Shown here: in pieces, positions 26,058 through 38,260 of the stretch
How positions within the stretch are numbered: the stretch's first letter is position 1
How the letters are laid out: every line of letters starts with the position of its first letter
NCBI GenBank assembly: GCA_002189035.1
Contig: CM007989.1
Span: 5,580,001-5,644,000 of the forward strand
Direction: 5' to 3'
From: Utricularia gibba
Taxonomy: Eukaryota; Plantae; Magnoliophyta
DNA length: 64,000 nucleotides
Notes under the pieces: model-generated
What the model saw: only the letters and a program-made list of their open reading frames with translations
Databases searched by the model: none
Told to the model about the DNA's origin: nothing
Translations under genes and position numbers: made by a program

Positions 26058-26598
26058 TGATGGGGTATAAATCAGTCAAAGATAGTCAGTCTCTGAAAAG
26101 GCTGCCGAAAGGAGCTCTAAAGGGACAGTGACTATTGGCAAACTAGTATGTGTCAGAGGGCTGACAACGACGGCCGTATGGCGCACGCTGAAAAGCGGCC
26201 GAGTCATAGCAGAACGGGCGTCGATCATCTGAAAAGTAAGGTTATAGTGCAAGTACAAAAGGCGACCGACACCTATAAATAGAAAGGGGGATTCGGCTAG
26301 ATCACCCTCCCCTATAAATAGAAGAAATCATAACGGAGAAAGGGTTGGATCCTAAGCCTCCTAACCTGTACCTTTCTTCACCACATCCCTCTAAGTAAGA
26401 ACTTTTTCGGGTGAGCTCCGACAGCTTCGTGGTTTTTTCCATCTTACGGCGGTTTCCACGTAAAAATCTCTGCCTACACCTGTTCCCATTAACCAAACCG
26501 AACAAAATCGTGAAAAACATAAGAAGGTACGGAATTTCCCGGTTGCACCTTTCACCCAAAATCGGTCTCTTCACAAACGTCGATTTTCACCCATAACA
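26058..26598 (+). repeat. E1 5' LTR (541 bp)
   Basis: TG...CA termini; CTATAAATA TATA box ~26311-26319; direct repeat of 31004-31540 at roughly 90% identity by eye. Confidence 0.92.
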
Positions 26599-26602
26599 TT
26601 TT

Positions 26603-26620
26603 TGGCGCCCACTGTGGGGC
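26603..26620 (+). promoter_or_regulatory. Primer-binding site complementary to the tRNA-Lys 3' end
   Basis: TGGCGCCCACTGTGGGGC just after the LTR; one mismatch to the complement of plant tRNA-Lys ...GCCCCACGGTGGGCGCCA. Confidence 0.85.
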
Positions 26621-26674
26621 CGATCTATTGCCTCACTCCAGAAATCCACAAGAGCCGATCACTAAGCATGGATC

Positions 26675-27260
26675 ATGGCGAAAAATAGCACCGCCACAAA
26701 CCTGGCCCATGACAGAAACGCCGACGTGCAAGAGCCTAGTCTTATGATCACCCGCAGGGAACAGCTGAAGGCCCTACTAACGGAAATCCTCTCTGATTTT
26801 AGGGCACCTTCGGGTTTGAACTCCAATGCCCAAGAGAGGACACCCGAAAACGCACCACGAGCTGAAAAACAGCCCATGATTCCGGAATACTCCCTGGACA
26901 CGACAACTGAGTCACCCACGAGTCAAGAATAGACAGGGAGAATGGATGCTCTCCTAAATAAATATCAGACAAAGAATGAAAGCCAAACTAGAAGATTTCG
27001 GAGGATCATGGGCAGTCCGGTTGGACCAGGGTAGAACACTGCAACGAGGAGGACAATGCCGACTTGTGAAAGCTGGGGTTGGAATTATGGGAGGAAAAAC
27101 GACAGGAGAATCACCACCGGCTAGGCGCTTATAAGAGAGGAGTTACAACAGGTTTGTATTCCTAAGGAAATCTTTAGAAGGAGACTTGGTGCCCCGGAAG
27201 AAACCAACCACAAAGACATAGGGGAAAGCTAGATCACAACTGAGAAGGCTTGGCCGACCT
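26675..27260 (+). pseudogene. E1 gag N-terminal stub fused to integrase C-terminal remnant
   Basis: MAKNSTAT... (85 aa), then MKAKLEDFGGSWAVRLDQ, LELWEEKRQENHHRLGAY and GKLDHN*EG, which are Tat-clade integrase tail motifs. No protease, RT or RNase H lies between them. Confidence 0.75.
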
Positions 27261-28402
27261 ATCCCTATCACATGTACACTCTAGATTCGGTACTTTCTTT
27301 GTCAAAACACATGGACAGTTATAAAATCCTCCAAAGCAGAGATGAGTTAGCAAGACCATAAGCTCTGGCCAAGTCACGTAAGCCCAGACAAACCTTCTAA
27401 ATCAGCGCCCCCTGTCGGGCACAACAGATCAACTTGGAATCCCCCCAAAATATAAAATCCTCAAAACCCAGGCCCTTGTGATAAGGATAAGCCCTGGTAC
27501 CACTCGGGCACCGGTTTCCTAAAACCGTCCGCGTAAGCCTCGAAAAAGCCCTTAAGTTCAAACCTTACGGCCGAATCTCGAGACGTCAAGAGCACCCAAA
27601 ACAAATCCACCCATGTTTAAAACAATGGGATTTCGGCCGAAAGAGGGCCCAATTGGATTGGGGAAGTCACTCAACCCATGAGGGGTCTTAGTCAACCTCC
27701 CTAGTAGCGGTTCAGCTCACGTAAAGAAATACTAAGCCAAACCAAAATCAAAAAGCCCAACCAAAGGGTTGGCAAAAAGACATCTATCCCTCGGGTCACA
27801 AAAGCCTAGGCATCTAAACCCGTCATGAGCACAACAAACCGAATAGGGGCTCCCCCCAAAATATGAGACCTCCAAAACCAAGACATTGATAACGAGGGGA
27901 AGCCCTAACACGACTTGGGTACCAGTCCTCCCTAAATGCTATTCGTATAAGCACCAAAAAAGCTCTAAATAAAGAGCATGCTGCCGAATCTTCAAATGGT
28001 AAACGTGCCCGAAGTCGATCCGGCTATGCCTCAAAAGCATGGATCTGACTAGCTGAAGACATATTCGAAGCAGGGAAATAACTCAAGCCCAGGAGGTTCC
28101 CGAGCATGTCCTTACCGGAAACTGGGCGATTATAAGAGAGTACTCGAGCGAAAAGCCCGATCGGATGATTGGCGAATCATGCAACTTGTAAGTATCAGTA
28201 AAGACGAAAGAAGTAGGAGCAAAAGATAAGTAAATCAGAGAGAAGAATCTCGAACCGGAATCTCAAAGTATCAAAAAACCCCAGAATCGGGGACAAAAAC
28301 ATCAATTCAGCAAAAGAAGAGGTAAGGAAATTAAACTTCAGGAGGAGGAGGGGGATTGCTGCGAGGACCAACCGAGGGGCCAACATGCCCCCGAAGCCTC
28401 GC

Positions 28403-30557
28403 CTATAGCTTGGCCACGTTCTCCCGCCTGATTCTAGCCCGAATGAGTGTAATCAAGCGTGCCCGATCAGCCTCGAATCCGAGTTCAGGTGCAGGGTGAG
28501 CATCTGCAATAACATTGAGCATATTTTCATCCTTTATCAGAGGGTTGACCCTCTCAAAGCGTGGATCCATAATGGACAATCCGAATTCTCGGCTGATCTG
28601 ATGCCTTTGCCGATAGAGAAGCAAGCCGATCAGGTCTCCCGCATAAATATCGAATAACTCTGAAAAGCACCCTGAGTTGACAAAGTTCTCCAGAAGATCT
28701 CGCGGAGACGCCTCATGACTTAGTAACTCGGCCTCTAGAGCCGCGATGCGATCTTTGGCCTCGTTTAAGTCGGCTTCCGTTTCCTCGAATCTTACTCGGA
28801 AGCCCTCTCTCTCTGATTTGGCGTCGTCGATCGCTTTTCCCCATCTCCTCAATTATATTCTGCAAATCCTCCTCTAGGCGATCACGCTTACCGAGAATGC
28901 TCCTCATCAAGTTTCCTTCCTTTGCCATCAGCTTCATTTTGGCATCCTAGGCCTCAACATGTCTTTGGAGGTGAAGAACTTCTTCGGTTGGGAGCCAATC
29001 TTCTTGGCCATTCCCCATCCGAAAGTCAATGCCTGGAGAGAGACTATTAAGTTAGGAATCAGCCATGATTGGTACCGAGAAGGAAAACGGCTCATACCTG
29101 CCAAATCCATGTTAGTATAACTTCCGGCTGAACATCTAGAAGACTCGGCACAACTTCATCCAGCATCCTCCTTAATATGGCAAGAACCGAAGATGTAGGA
29201 AGAGTTGGATCGTCTTCCACCTCTATCGGAGCGGAGCCTCCTTGTGCTTCATTCGGGGAAGCCAATACAGAAGGGCCCGCCAATAGGAGCCCTGTGCCGC
29301 AAGCCGGGGCTTCGTTAAGATCGGGCAAAGGTGGGATCTTTTCTTTTCCCTTTCCGGCCGGTAGAGGGGAGTCGGATCACGAGCCCCGGAGACTCCTGTT
29401 ATTTGACCCTCCCCGACAGGGGGTCCTCGTTATTTGGTTGGACTTCAGGTGGACTAACCTGGAAGAAAAATTGAAAGAGGTCAGAATCGGAAGCCTACAA
29501 CAATCGGTAAGTATCCGATAAACCTATACAGGAGGAGTCGCTTCCGACTCCTACATCCTTTGCATCTCCACAAAAAATCCGGCCATCACCGAGTCTTCCA
29601 AGGCACTTCTTTGGGCCATATCTTCAGCTGCAAGACAAAGAACGGAGAAAACATAAGACCCCGTCCTGAGTTTGAAACACGGGAAAGTAGAGCCTAGCTA
29701 CCTCTTTGCTTTTTTGAGGGCCCATGGACAACCGCCTTAACCCTTTTCTTCTTCTTGAGGGCCGCAGGTTGGGAAGATTGCGAAATCGGGGTCGAGATAG
29801 GAACGGAAGGGGGATTCGGGGGAGAAGGAGGAGGTAGAGTTTGTAGGTCGGCATTCCCAGAGGGTACAATATCGGGCCAATGGGGATCGCGACTACGACC
29901 GATAAGACTCAACCTTTTGAGAGACTCCCCCAAAAACATCAAGGAACGAGTTTTGAACCCTGACTAAGCCTTTCGTATAAGGCTTCGCGAGATTCGGATG
30001 AGGACCGATATACCTCAAAAAGCTTCACTCTGAAGGGGGTTAGGGGAATAATCGGGAAGTTCCACCCGAAAACCCGAAGGGGGCGCCACCCTGACAAAAG
30101 AAGACCACCAATCATGGTGGGTATCGGGGGCTTTCACAATGAAATGAGCATTATCCTCAAATCGGTAAAATTGGAAGTGAGATCGGCCCTCCATGGGGGA
30201 TTTCGCGTTGCGAACAGCGATTTTAAAAAGGTGAAGGAAATCTACTAAGGACATAGCCGGATCCATGCCAGCCGAGTAGACTAAGAAGGTAGTGAAATAG
30301 AAGATAGAATTCTGGGCAAGATAGTAGAGCGGTATAGCGAAGGTACAAAGGAAGCGAACTATCAAAGGATGAAGCGGAAATCGTAAACCACTTTCGAAGT
30401 AGGCTAGGGGAATCGGCAAGCTGAACGGAGGAAGAGGATCCGCACCAATCCCCCAGGGGACTTCAGTGTCTTGAGCGTGAGAAACTAAGTACTCCTCGGG
30501 AATCGAGTATCGAATACGAAGAGAAGGGATGCCCAACTCACTGGATCTCCTAACCAT
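28403..30557 (-). pseudogene. E1 antisense extra ORF (Transposase_28-like N-terminus, Pro/Lys-rich linker, coiled coil), disrupted
   Basis: ORF pieces 30015..30563, 29694..29942, 29092..29328, 28713..28937 and 28403..28852 are collinear and homologous to E2 45392-47590. YFESGLRFPLHPLIVRFL and APDTHHDWWSSFVRV match the plant gypsy Transposase_28 pattern. Confidence 0.8.
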
Positions 30558-31003
30558 TTTCAAAATAGGAGAGGGAGAGGTCTAATTCAAGAAATATACC
30601 AACGTCAGGCGAAGGGAGAAAACCAGAGGAGAAAAAGGAGCCCGGTAAAAACCTCAAGAAACTGAGCGGAAAAGCAAAAAACTGACAGGTACCTAAGAGA
30701 TTCGAAGTTTCCGGTAGAAATCACGACGGCAAAGTGCGGCGAAGTATGACAGAATGCAGGAGGTGTTGAAATCTCACGAGTTAACAGCGGAAGCAAAGGG
30801 AAGAAATGACAGGAGGCACACACACTTATAGAAAGGGTACTCGGGAGACGAAAGGACGCGACGTTTGAGGTTCCTAGAATGAGTGGGAAAAAACGTGGTG
30901 GGATCAGGGATTGACACGTGGCCAGGGAATCGTGCTGAACAAGTCTAAGATTCATCCCTGGGGAAAGCGGTATATCCGAAACCAGTAAATCATAGGGGCT
31001 GAA

Positions 31004-31540
31004 TGATGGGGTATAAATTGGTCGAAGATAGTGGTCTCTGAAAAGGCTGCCGAAAAGAGCTCTGAAGGGACAGTGACTACTGGCAGACCGGTATGTGTTA
31101 GAGGGCTGACAACGACGGCCGTATGGCGTAGGCTGAAAAGCGGCCGAGTCATAGCAGAACGGGCGGCGATCATCTAAAAAGTAAAGTCATAGTACCAGTA
31201 CAAAAGGCGACCGGCACCTATAGAAAGGGGGATTCGGCTAGATCGGCCTCCTCTATAAATAGAAGAAATCATAACGGAGAGAGGGTTGGATCTTAAGCCT
31301 CCTAACCTGTACCTTTCTTCACCACATCTCTCTAAGTAAGAACTTTTTCCGGCGAGCTCTGATAGCTCCGTGGTTTTTTCCGTCTTACGACAGTTTCCAC
31401 GTAAAAATCTCCGTCTACCCCCGTTCCCATTAACCAAACCGAACAAAATCATGAAAAACATAAGAAGGTACGGAATTTCCTTGTTGCACCTTTCACCCGA
31501 AAATCGGTCCCTTCACAAATGTCGATTTTCACCCATAACA
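31004..31540 (+). repeat. E1 3' LTR (537 bp)
   Basis: TGATGGGG...CCATAACA, preceded by AGGGGCTGAA. Confidence 0.92.
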
Positions 31541-33250
31541 TATAGATAAGAAAATCAATGAAAAATGTCTTAAAAATCAACATGAGAATGGACCATGTGA
31601 TTTCAAATTCACCACCATTATCAGTGTAAATGTATTTCATGGTGTGTTCAAAAAGTTTCTCATTTTTCTAATGAAGGAGTTGAGAAGTTGATATAGATTT
31701 TATTTGCTGGAAATGAGGAAAGTACAAGTTGTTCTTGAAAATTCATAAAGAATGGTGAGAAAATAATTCTGCCCTATGATGGTATTTGTGGAATAAGGCC
31801 CTCACGTGTTGCAATGTAATAGGTATAAGGGGTGTAGTTAGAGCTGGGCACGGGTCCGACTCGACGGGTCACGGGTCAGACCCACCGGGTAAAAAATGAA
31901 ATGTCTGACTCGGCGGGTACGGGTTGACGGGTTGGACAGGCTGACCCGTCCTGGGTCACGATTTGACACGGGTTAGTAAATTCTCTAGGCACCGCAAATA
32001 TGCCATTGCGATACCTGGAAATCACTACCTTCAATATTATCTAGGCACCGCAAATTTGTCATTGCAGTGTCTATAATCCAATGTGTGTTACTTATGAGAG
32101 ATAAAGTAGTATTTAAACAAGTAGCAATACCTGAAAATTTTTTGAACGCATAGTATGCTTGTTCACTTGATTCAGGTTTGATTTGTAGTGATACTAACTT
32201 AAATTGCTTGTGTTGAATCACTTTTCAAGCATTGTCCTTTTGCTATTGTGTGGCTCCCATACTAGTTTGATGGCCTATGCATTGACTTAGGAACTCAAGT
32301 ATGTTACTGTTAATCATGTTCACAGAATATACTATGACCATTTCTTTTTCTTCTTGACTTTTCCGGGGTAGCCATGCAACTTAACATGTTTCCTTCATTC
32401 ATGTTTATAGTGAGTGGAGTAATGTCCCTTAGCATCCTTCATTTGACTTTGTCCCATTGAATCTTGGCCATGGTTGAGCAGAGAAAATTTATGATTCACC
32501 ATGAGTGCACTCTCATCAATAGCTAGAGCATGCCCTATGCTCATTTGGCCTTCCACAATTATTACATATCATATGCTTGATCAAGGTCTAGTTCCAGCTT
32601 CATCATGATGATTTGGCTCATAGTGGGTGTGAAATACTCATTTAAACAATTCAAAAACTGTATCAGTTTGCTGATTTGTGTTGCTTACATCTCTTTACTA
32701 ACAACACATTGAATTGATGACATCAAAACCCTCAAGATCTATCCATAAATTCTTCACTGTGGAATAATACTTTGTCACCATCATTACCCCTTATGAGTTG
32801 CGATACAATTTATGTTGGAGATGGTAGATGAGTCAAATTCATCAAGCCGATCCGCTTCTCAATTGTATCCCAAAACTCTCTTGTCATTCCAACAAAGTTG
32901 AAATGATCGACCAATTTTTGAGAAATTGAATTAATCAAAAAAGACTAGATTATCATGTCGACTCTATTTCATTGACAAAACCCAACTGGTTGCGTACTTT
33001 CAATGCCATGATCATGCTATGATGCCAAGATAGAAAATTTTTGACGTATCTACTCCTTGAACTTGAATGATTGTAATAGTCATCGAAAATTGGAAAAATA
33101 ATTCTTTGGGCATTGTTTGCTGGTGTCCTTTGAGTTATTATCTCCATTATACAACATGTTGTATGTTTCACGCTCACCGCACAATAAACAAACTAGTGCA
33201 GAATGCAAAATGTCAAGAGTGAAGCTTCAAGGTAGTCTTTGGGAGACAAT
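31541..33250 (-). mobile_element. Degenerate Ty1/copia element 2 (gag, protease, part of integrase), truncated at E1
   Basis: KNFLSWHHSMIMALKVRNQLGFV (gag, ~32960-33080), HWIIDT (protease, ~32070) and IYTDNGGEF (integrase, ~31610-31640). Confidence 0.7.
31839..31985. mobile_element. hAT-like non-autonomous element end fragment
   Basis: Begins TAGAGCTGGGCA, followed by repeated ACGGGT/CGGGT motifs, typical of hAT subtermini. Confidence 0.5.
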
Positions 33251-33971
33251 ACTTTAATTTTTTCCATGCTCTATTAATATATGTTTGTGGTTTTGTATGT
33301 AGTACAAGTGAAAATTAGTAACTTTCTACAATGATTTGTCTCATGTATTTTTTTTTATGGCATGGTTAAGTGTTTTATATCCTATTGATAGGCATCTCTA
33401 GTAGCCTGCTTAATTAAATCTACAACTCATTATATGGAGTAAGATCTTTAACTATGACCACACTTTTGAAAAACTTAACGTGGTATGAACTAGTAATATT
33501 AGTGTGCTTCTGCTTGATCCATTTGGGCTAGTCTCGGGTGATGTCTTCAAGTTGTGTGGCCAAAACATAGAGTTTATTCTCTTCCTTGGTGTTACGGTAT
33601 TTGAATGCATGCTCGCACCGGTAAGAAACGTAGTGAGTTACTAGAAATAGTAGCGGAACGTTAGTAAAATCCAAAGAGGGGCCGAATTAGAAAAAATGAG
33701 GGAAATGAACATGTTAGGTCCAAGGTTCTCCCTAGCCCAAATGAGAGGTTCCACCGCTAATTGGAATCATCATTTCAGGAGTTCCAATTGTAGAGATCAA
33801 ATCCGAGATTTCTCACATGGCAGTCCCTCAACCTCTCTATGATTTGTTCTCTTGCAACTTCGAGAGCTGTCTCCACAATACTCCCAAGCCTTCAACTTTA
33901 CCAACATGTTGTTCATATGGGTTTTGAGATTAGCTATGATGCCTGAACGTTAGAATGGTGAAAAGAAAATT

Positions 33972-34570
33972 TGATGAACATTAGAATGGAATGTTAAATA
34001 TCGCAGTTTAGCACACTTAATGCATCAAAAGAAATTTATAAACCTAGTCATTCTATTACACAAATCATAGGAATTAATGTAGTATAGCAAGTAAGGGTTA
34101 AATCTATATGGAATGCTTGCAATTTCCTGATGTCCTTTACATTTACTAGAAATAAGGGTTTTTTTGGGGGTTTAGCTCTAATGCGCATAATACATAAAAT
34201 AGCAGTAGCTGAAATAAACGAGTTGCAATGGTAAAAAAAACACAGAAAATAAAAAGGATGCGTAGAAAATATAAAGTGAAGGTGTCTTGATTAGGTTTTA
34301 CACCAGGGTCTGGCTCTTGTGTCAATCAAGAGAGCCCATAGGCTTAAACTTAGCGTTAAGATGCTTAAAGACAGAGCAAAGGTTCGCAGAAAATAGTAAA
34401 TAGCATGTTCAACTTAAAACCAGACACGAAGGGCTGAAACAAGAACATGTTCATAGGCTGAAATAAGGTCTACAAGGAATTTCTTGTTCACAACAAGGCA
34501 TCAGAATGTAACAGAAAACATGAAAACGCAGAAAGTAATAATAGTAAGTTCAACAACAGCGAAAGTGCAA
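33972..34570 (-). repeat. Truncated Athila-type LTR fragment (family B)
   Basis: Collinear with 49020-49620 (TGATGAAC.TT.GAA.GGA.TG.TAAAT.TCGC.GTTTAGCAC...); homology is lost after ~34570. Confidence 0.6.
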
Positions 34571-35020
34571 AAAACCATTACTATTTGTGTAGCCATTATC
34601 ACACAAGTAGTAGAAACCTACACAAATTAAATTTTTAGTCATGAAGCTCAGTCCTATAAAATAAAAAATTGTAAATAAGTCTCTAATGTTTTACCTTGCG
34701 GATTGTGAATGCTTTTATACAATAAACTGCATCTTGAAGCACTCTACTATCAATAGCTGATCCTTCCCAATCAACTAGGACATAAATAAACATAAGTTTA
34801 TCATCACAAACTACTAGTGTATTAATGGTAACTCATCCTTTACATTCACGTCAATTCGCTTTGTCAATGGTTTTAACTTTGACATTACAATATGAACCAT
34901 CCAATGCATCTAGACAATTCTACAACAAATGAAAGAACATAACAAAAATTGCAGTTTAGTTAATGAATCAAATAGTGAATAAATAAGTTTAAAAAATGTA
35001 ACCTAAAGCTTGAACTTGTA

Positions 35021-35558
35021 TGTTGGATTAGAGTTGCCAATTGAAGCAAGCTTTCTCATTAGCTAAAAAGGTATTCTGACACCCTAATGCAAGCTGACAG
35101 ACTGATAGCTGTCAGGGTTTGTCAACGGCAGCCGTTTTGAACAGACTGAAAAGTAGTCGAATTATGGCAATAGCAGGGCAGACGGCGGTTATCTGAATGC
35201 AAAACTATAGTGTGTACAACAGGTGCAGAAAGCAACCGACACATGCAGAGCTCAGAACTCGGTCAGGCTCAACTCGCCTATAAATGTGAGAAACATTATA
35301 GTGGAAGGGGTTTGACTTTAAGCCCTCAAACTTGTATTTTTTTTTTATCTCCGTCTAGCAAAGGTTTTTCCGACGAGTTCCGACAGTTCCGTAGTTTTTC
35401 CGTTCTCCGACGATTTCCACGTAAAAACCTCTATCTATCTTCATTTCTGTTAACCGTACCAAGTAAAATATAAAAGCCACAACCGGGTACAGTGCATCTG
35501 GCCGCACCTGTAACCCGAGAATCGGCCCTCACTCGGATACTGATTTTTGCTCTCAACA
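35021..35558 (+). mobile_element. Diverged solo LTR of the Tat/Retand-type family (538 bp); no TSD match
   Basis: TGTTG...CAACA inverted termini, same length and motif order as the E1/E2 LTRs, including TTTCCACGTAAAAA at 35414-35427. Flanks TTGTA and ATTAA differ. Confidence 0.75.
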
Positions 35559-36556
35559 ATTAAGTAATCAAGATTCCTAAATCACAAACCCAAACAAATA
35601 TACAAGAATTGGAAATGCTAGAACCCATATCTCTGAAAGTCATATATCAAATTCAACCCATTCAAATAGAATACCAAATTTGAAACCAGCAAAATTGATA
35701 AGAAAGAATGAACTTGATTTGTACTAGAATATGCAAATTAAAGACAAGGACAAAGAAAGGTAGAAGGGTAAAATTAGTTTTGAAATTCTTTGAAATCGTA
35801 GATTTTCTCAAACTCAAGTGAGAAGTGAGTTTAAATCAAAAAAAGATAAAAATTTAAAACGAAATCTGAAAAATACTCGAGAGTTTCCAAATTGAGTTAC
35901 CAAACTGAGTTCTTTTTATTAAAACCTCATTTTTAATATGGGTTCAGCCCATAAACTCACGTAACAAACAAGTCATTAGGAAATCAAAAGCTGGAAAACA
36001 TTGCAATCGAGAGTTAGTTTTTCTAAGATCGGAGAAGGCGCTCGATTCTTTCTTCCTCAGGCCCTGGTTCATTTATGGAGATCTCTCCCTCTTGCTGTGC
36101 GATTTCTGCCAGGTAGTGGTTTGTATCCCATGACATTTTCTTACATCTTTGCGCCTTTAAGCTTTCATACCATAATGAACATGTTTGAAGAGTGGCCACC
36201 TTGGTCCAGGAAGAAGATGACAAATTAACTGATTCTGGATCAAATAACATAACGCGATCATTTTAAGTTTTACATTTCCTTCTAACAAGAACAACAGATT
36301 CTTGTCCTGGATCAGACACTACGAAAGGGAAAAAAAAAAGGTCCTGGCCATGGCTGATCTTCTTGAGGTGTAACGGGTGCTGGGGAATCTGATTTTTATC
36401 AAGAAAGTGCACTCACTACTTCAGAGCATTTATGAGGAAACTGGCAGCTTCAAGCCTTCACCCATGGACATGGAACTGCGTTTACAATAAGATATAGACT
36501 AGTAAAATCTATCTTCTGGTATCCGGTGCATCTAAAAGGTTCTCAGGATAGGAGGA

Positions 36557-38260
36557 TCAGAGTGTTGCAACATGGAGGAAGTTCTGAATCTGATTTACAG
36601 TTTCGGTTCGGCTGAGGTTCCCCGTCACCCCTGTCACCATGGACTTCTTAAAGAACTTACCACCTCTCCTCCCCATGTTGGATCCTTGAAGATTAGACGA
36701 AAGCACAGACTTTGAATCTGGTTTCCATTGTAAATCTTTCAGCGTAGAAAACAACATAGAGAGCGTTGGAGTCACTTCAGAATCCCTTATTTTGTTGCAA
36801 GAATTGATTTTCAGGCTCTGAAGCTCATTCCAAGAAACAATAACTGACTCAAGACCTTGTGTAGTCAACATGGAGCAGCCTTCCACCGACAGAAATTTCA
36901 GTCTCCTGCAGCCGAAAAGAAATTTCATATTAATAATACACACGAAGAGAAGGTTCATGAAAAGCGTTGTATTGTGCATATTCTCCTTGGTTTTGGCAGA
37001 TTCTACCTTTTTGAAAGAAAAAAGTGCATTGACGAAACTCAAGGGTAGGAGCAATTACCTTACAACAGTACAAATGCTGAAGATATCATCGTTCAGCCCC
37101 CAACAGTTGGTCAGAACGAGTTTTCTCATATTCATGCAAACAAGAAGCAACGCTCTCAAACTCCTCTTATCCCTTAACTGACACCTCTCCAAATGTAACC
37201 TTTCAAATGCTGGGCATGAACACAAATGCTCATCAAGGTCAGGTCCGTCGTCGATTCTCTTACAGGACAGAAACCTTAAAGCTCTCAAGTTTTCGCAGTA
37301 AGAAAGAGCCGGCAACCATCCATCCTCCATTTTATGATTGCACAGTGTCAGCTCTTCCAGCATTGGACAACATTGGCCAACAGCTTTGACCCCTTCATAC
37401 GTACCATTGCATCCATTCAGTTCAAGCTTCACAAGCCTTTTACATCCTTGTGCGAAAATAGTTAATCCAACATCCGAAACCAATGAATAGAACAATCCGT
37501 CGATAACTCCGTTCAGCCTTAAGATTTGTAAATTCTCACAAGCGGCAATCCCACGCAAAACTTGATCATTGCACATAAACAACTCCAGTTCTTGCAGTGT
37601 GCGACAATTCTCAGCGACACAGAGCAGCCCCATTTCAGATGAGTTAGCTAACACAAGTTTCCTCAAATTGGGATATGCAGCAGCCATAACCCTCAGCCCC
37701 TTGTCAACTTCATCAGCAGTCAGCACAAGATTATCATCAAGAAAAGAATGGTGGCACCCAACACTAGAACCAACATCAAAAGACACATCTCTCTGGCTGC
37801 AAAAGATACCAGAATTCCGAGAGGAAACCATACATCCATTCGACAGATCAATATGAACTAGATTGGGAAACCTCATAAACAACCTACCAGAAATAAGAAA
37901 CTCCCATTCAAGAAGTTTGATGGATCTCACCAGCCTACCCTGCAGATGCAGCCATCGTTTGGACACTAGAAACGTCGTACTTCTCTGAGACTTGGGGAGT
38001 TTCGAAAGTATGATGAGCAATACCTCATCCGGAACAAGGGAAATTTTATCAGAAACAAGAACGATGGGGGTCGCAGGGGCATCTTGAGTTTTAGCGGTGG
38101 GCTTCTCTGGAGCAGCCGCCGGTTGCGGTTGTTTGGGGGCGAAAGAATGGCGACGCATTGTGCAGAGTACATGATTCAAAGCCTTCCTTTTCCATAGCCA
38201 ATTTGTAGGTCGATGATTCTCCTTCTCCGGCGAGTGAGCTGCTCCTCTGTTATGGCCCAT
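36557..38260 (-). CDS. F-box/LRR (RNI-like) protein, At5g51380/At5g07670-like, 2 exons, ~516 aa
   Basis: Exon 38260-37059 (F-box ISLVPDEVLLIILSKLP...LVSKRWLHLQGRL; LRRs such as LQELELFMC and LVKLELNGC) spliced GT-AG to exon 36905-36557 (LKFLSVEGCSMLTTQGLESV...GGKFFKK); 1551 nt in frame. First ATG is 38260; the track start 38263 is TTG. Confidence 0.92.

Larger units (their letters stand above)
26058..31540 (+). mobile_element. Tat/Retand-type Ty3/gypsy non-autonomous element E1 (internally deleted, antisense ORF retained; no matching TSD)
   Basis: LTRs 26058-26598 and 31004-31540 (TGATGGGG...CCATAACA), tRNA-Lys PBS, AGGGGCT polypurine tract near 30994, ~85-codon gag stub joined to an integrase tail, and a ~2.1 kb antisense ORF. 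Flanks TAGAC and TATAG differ. Confidence 0.9.
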
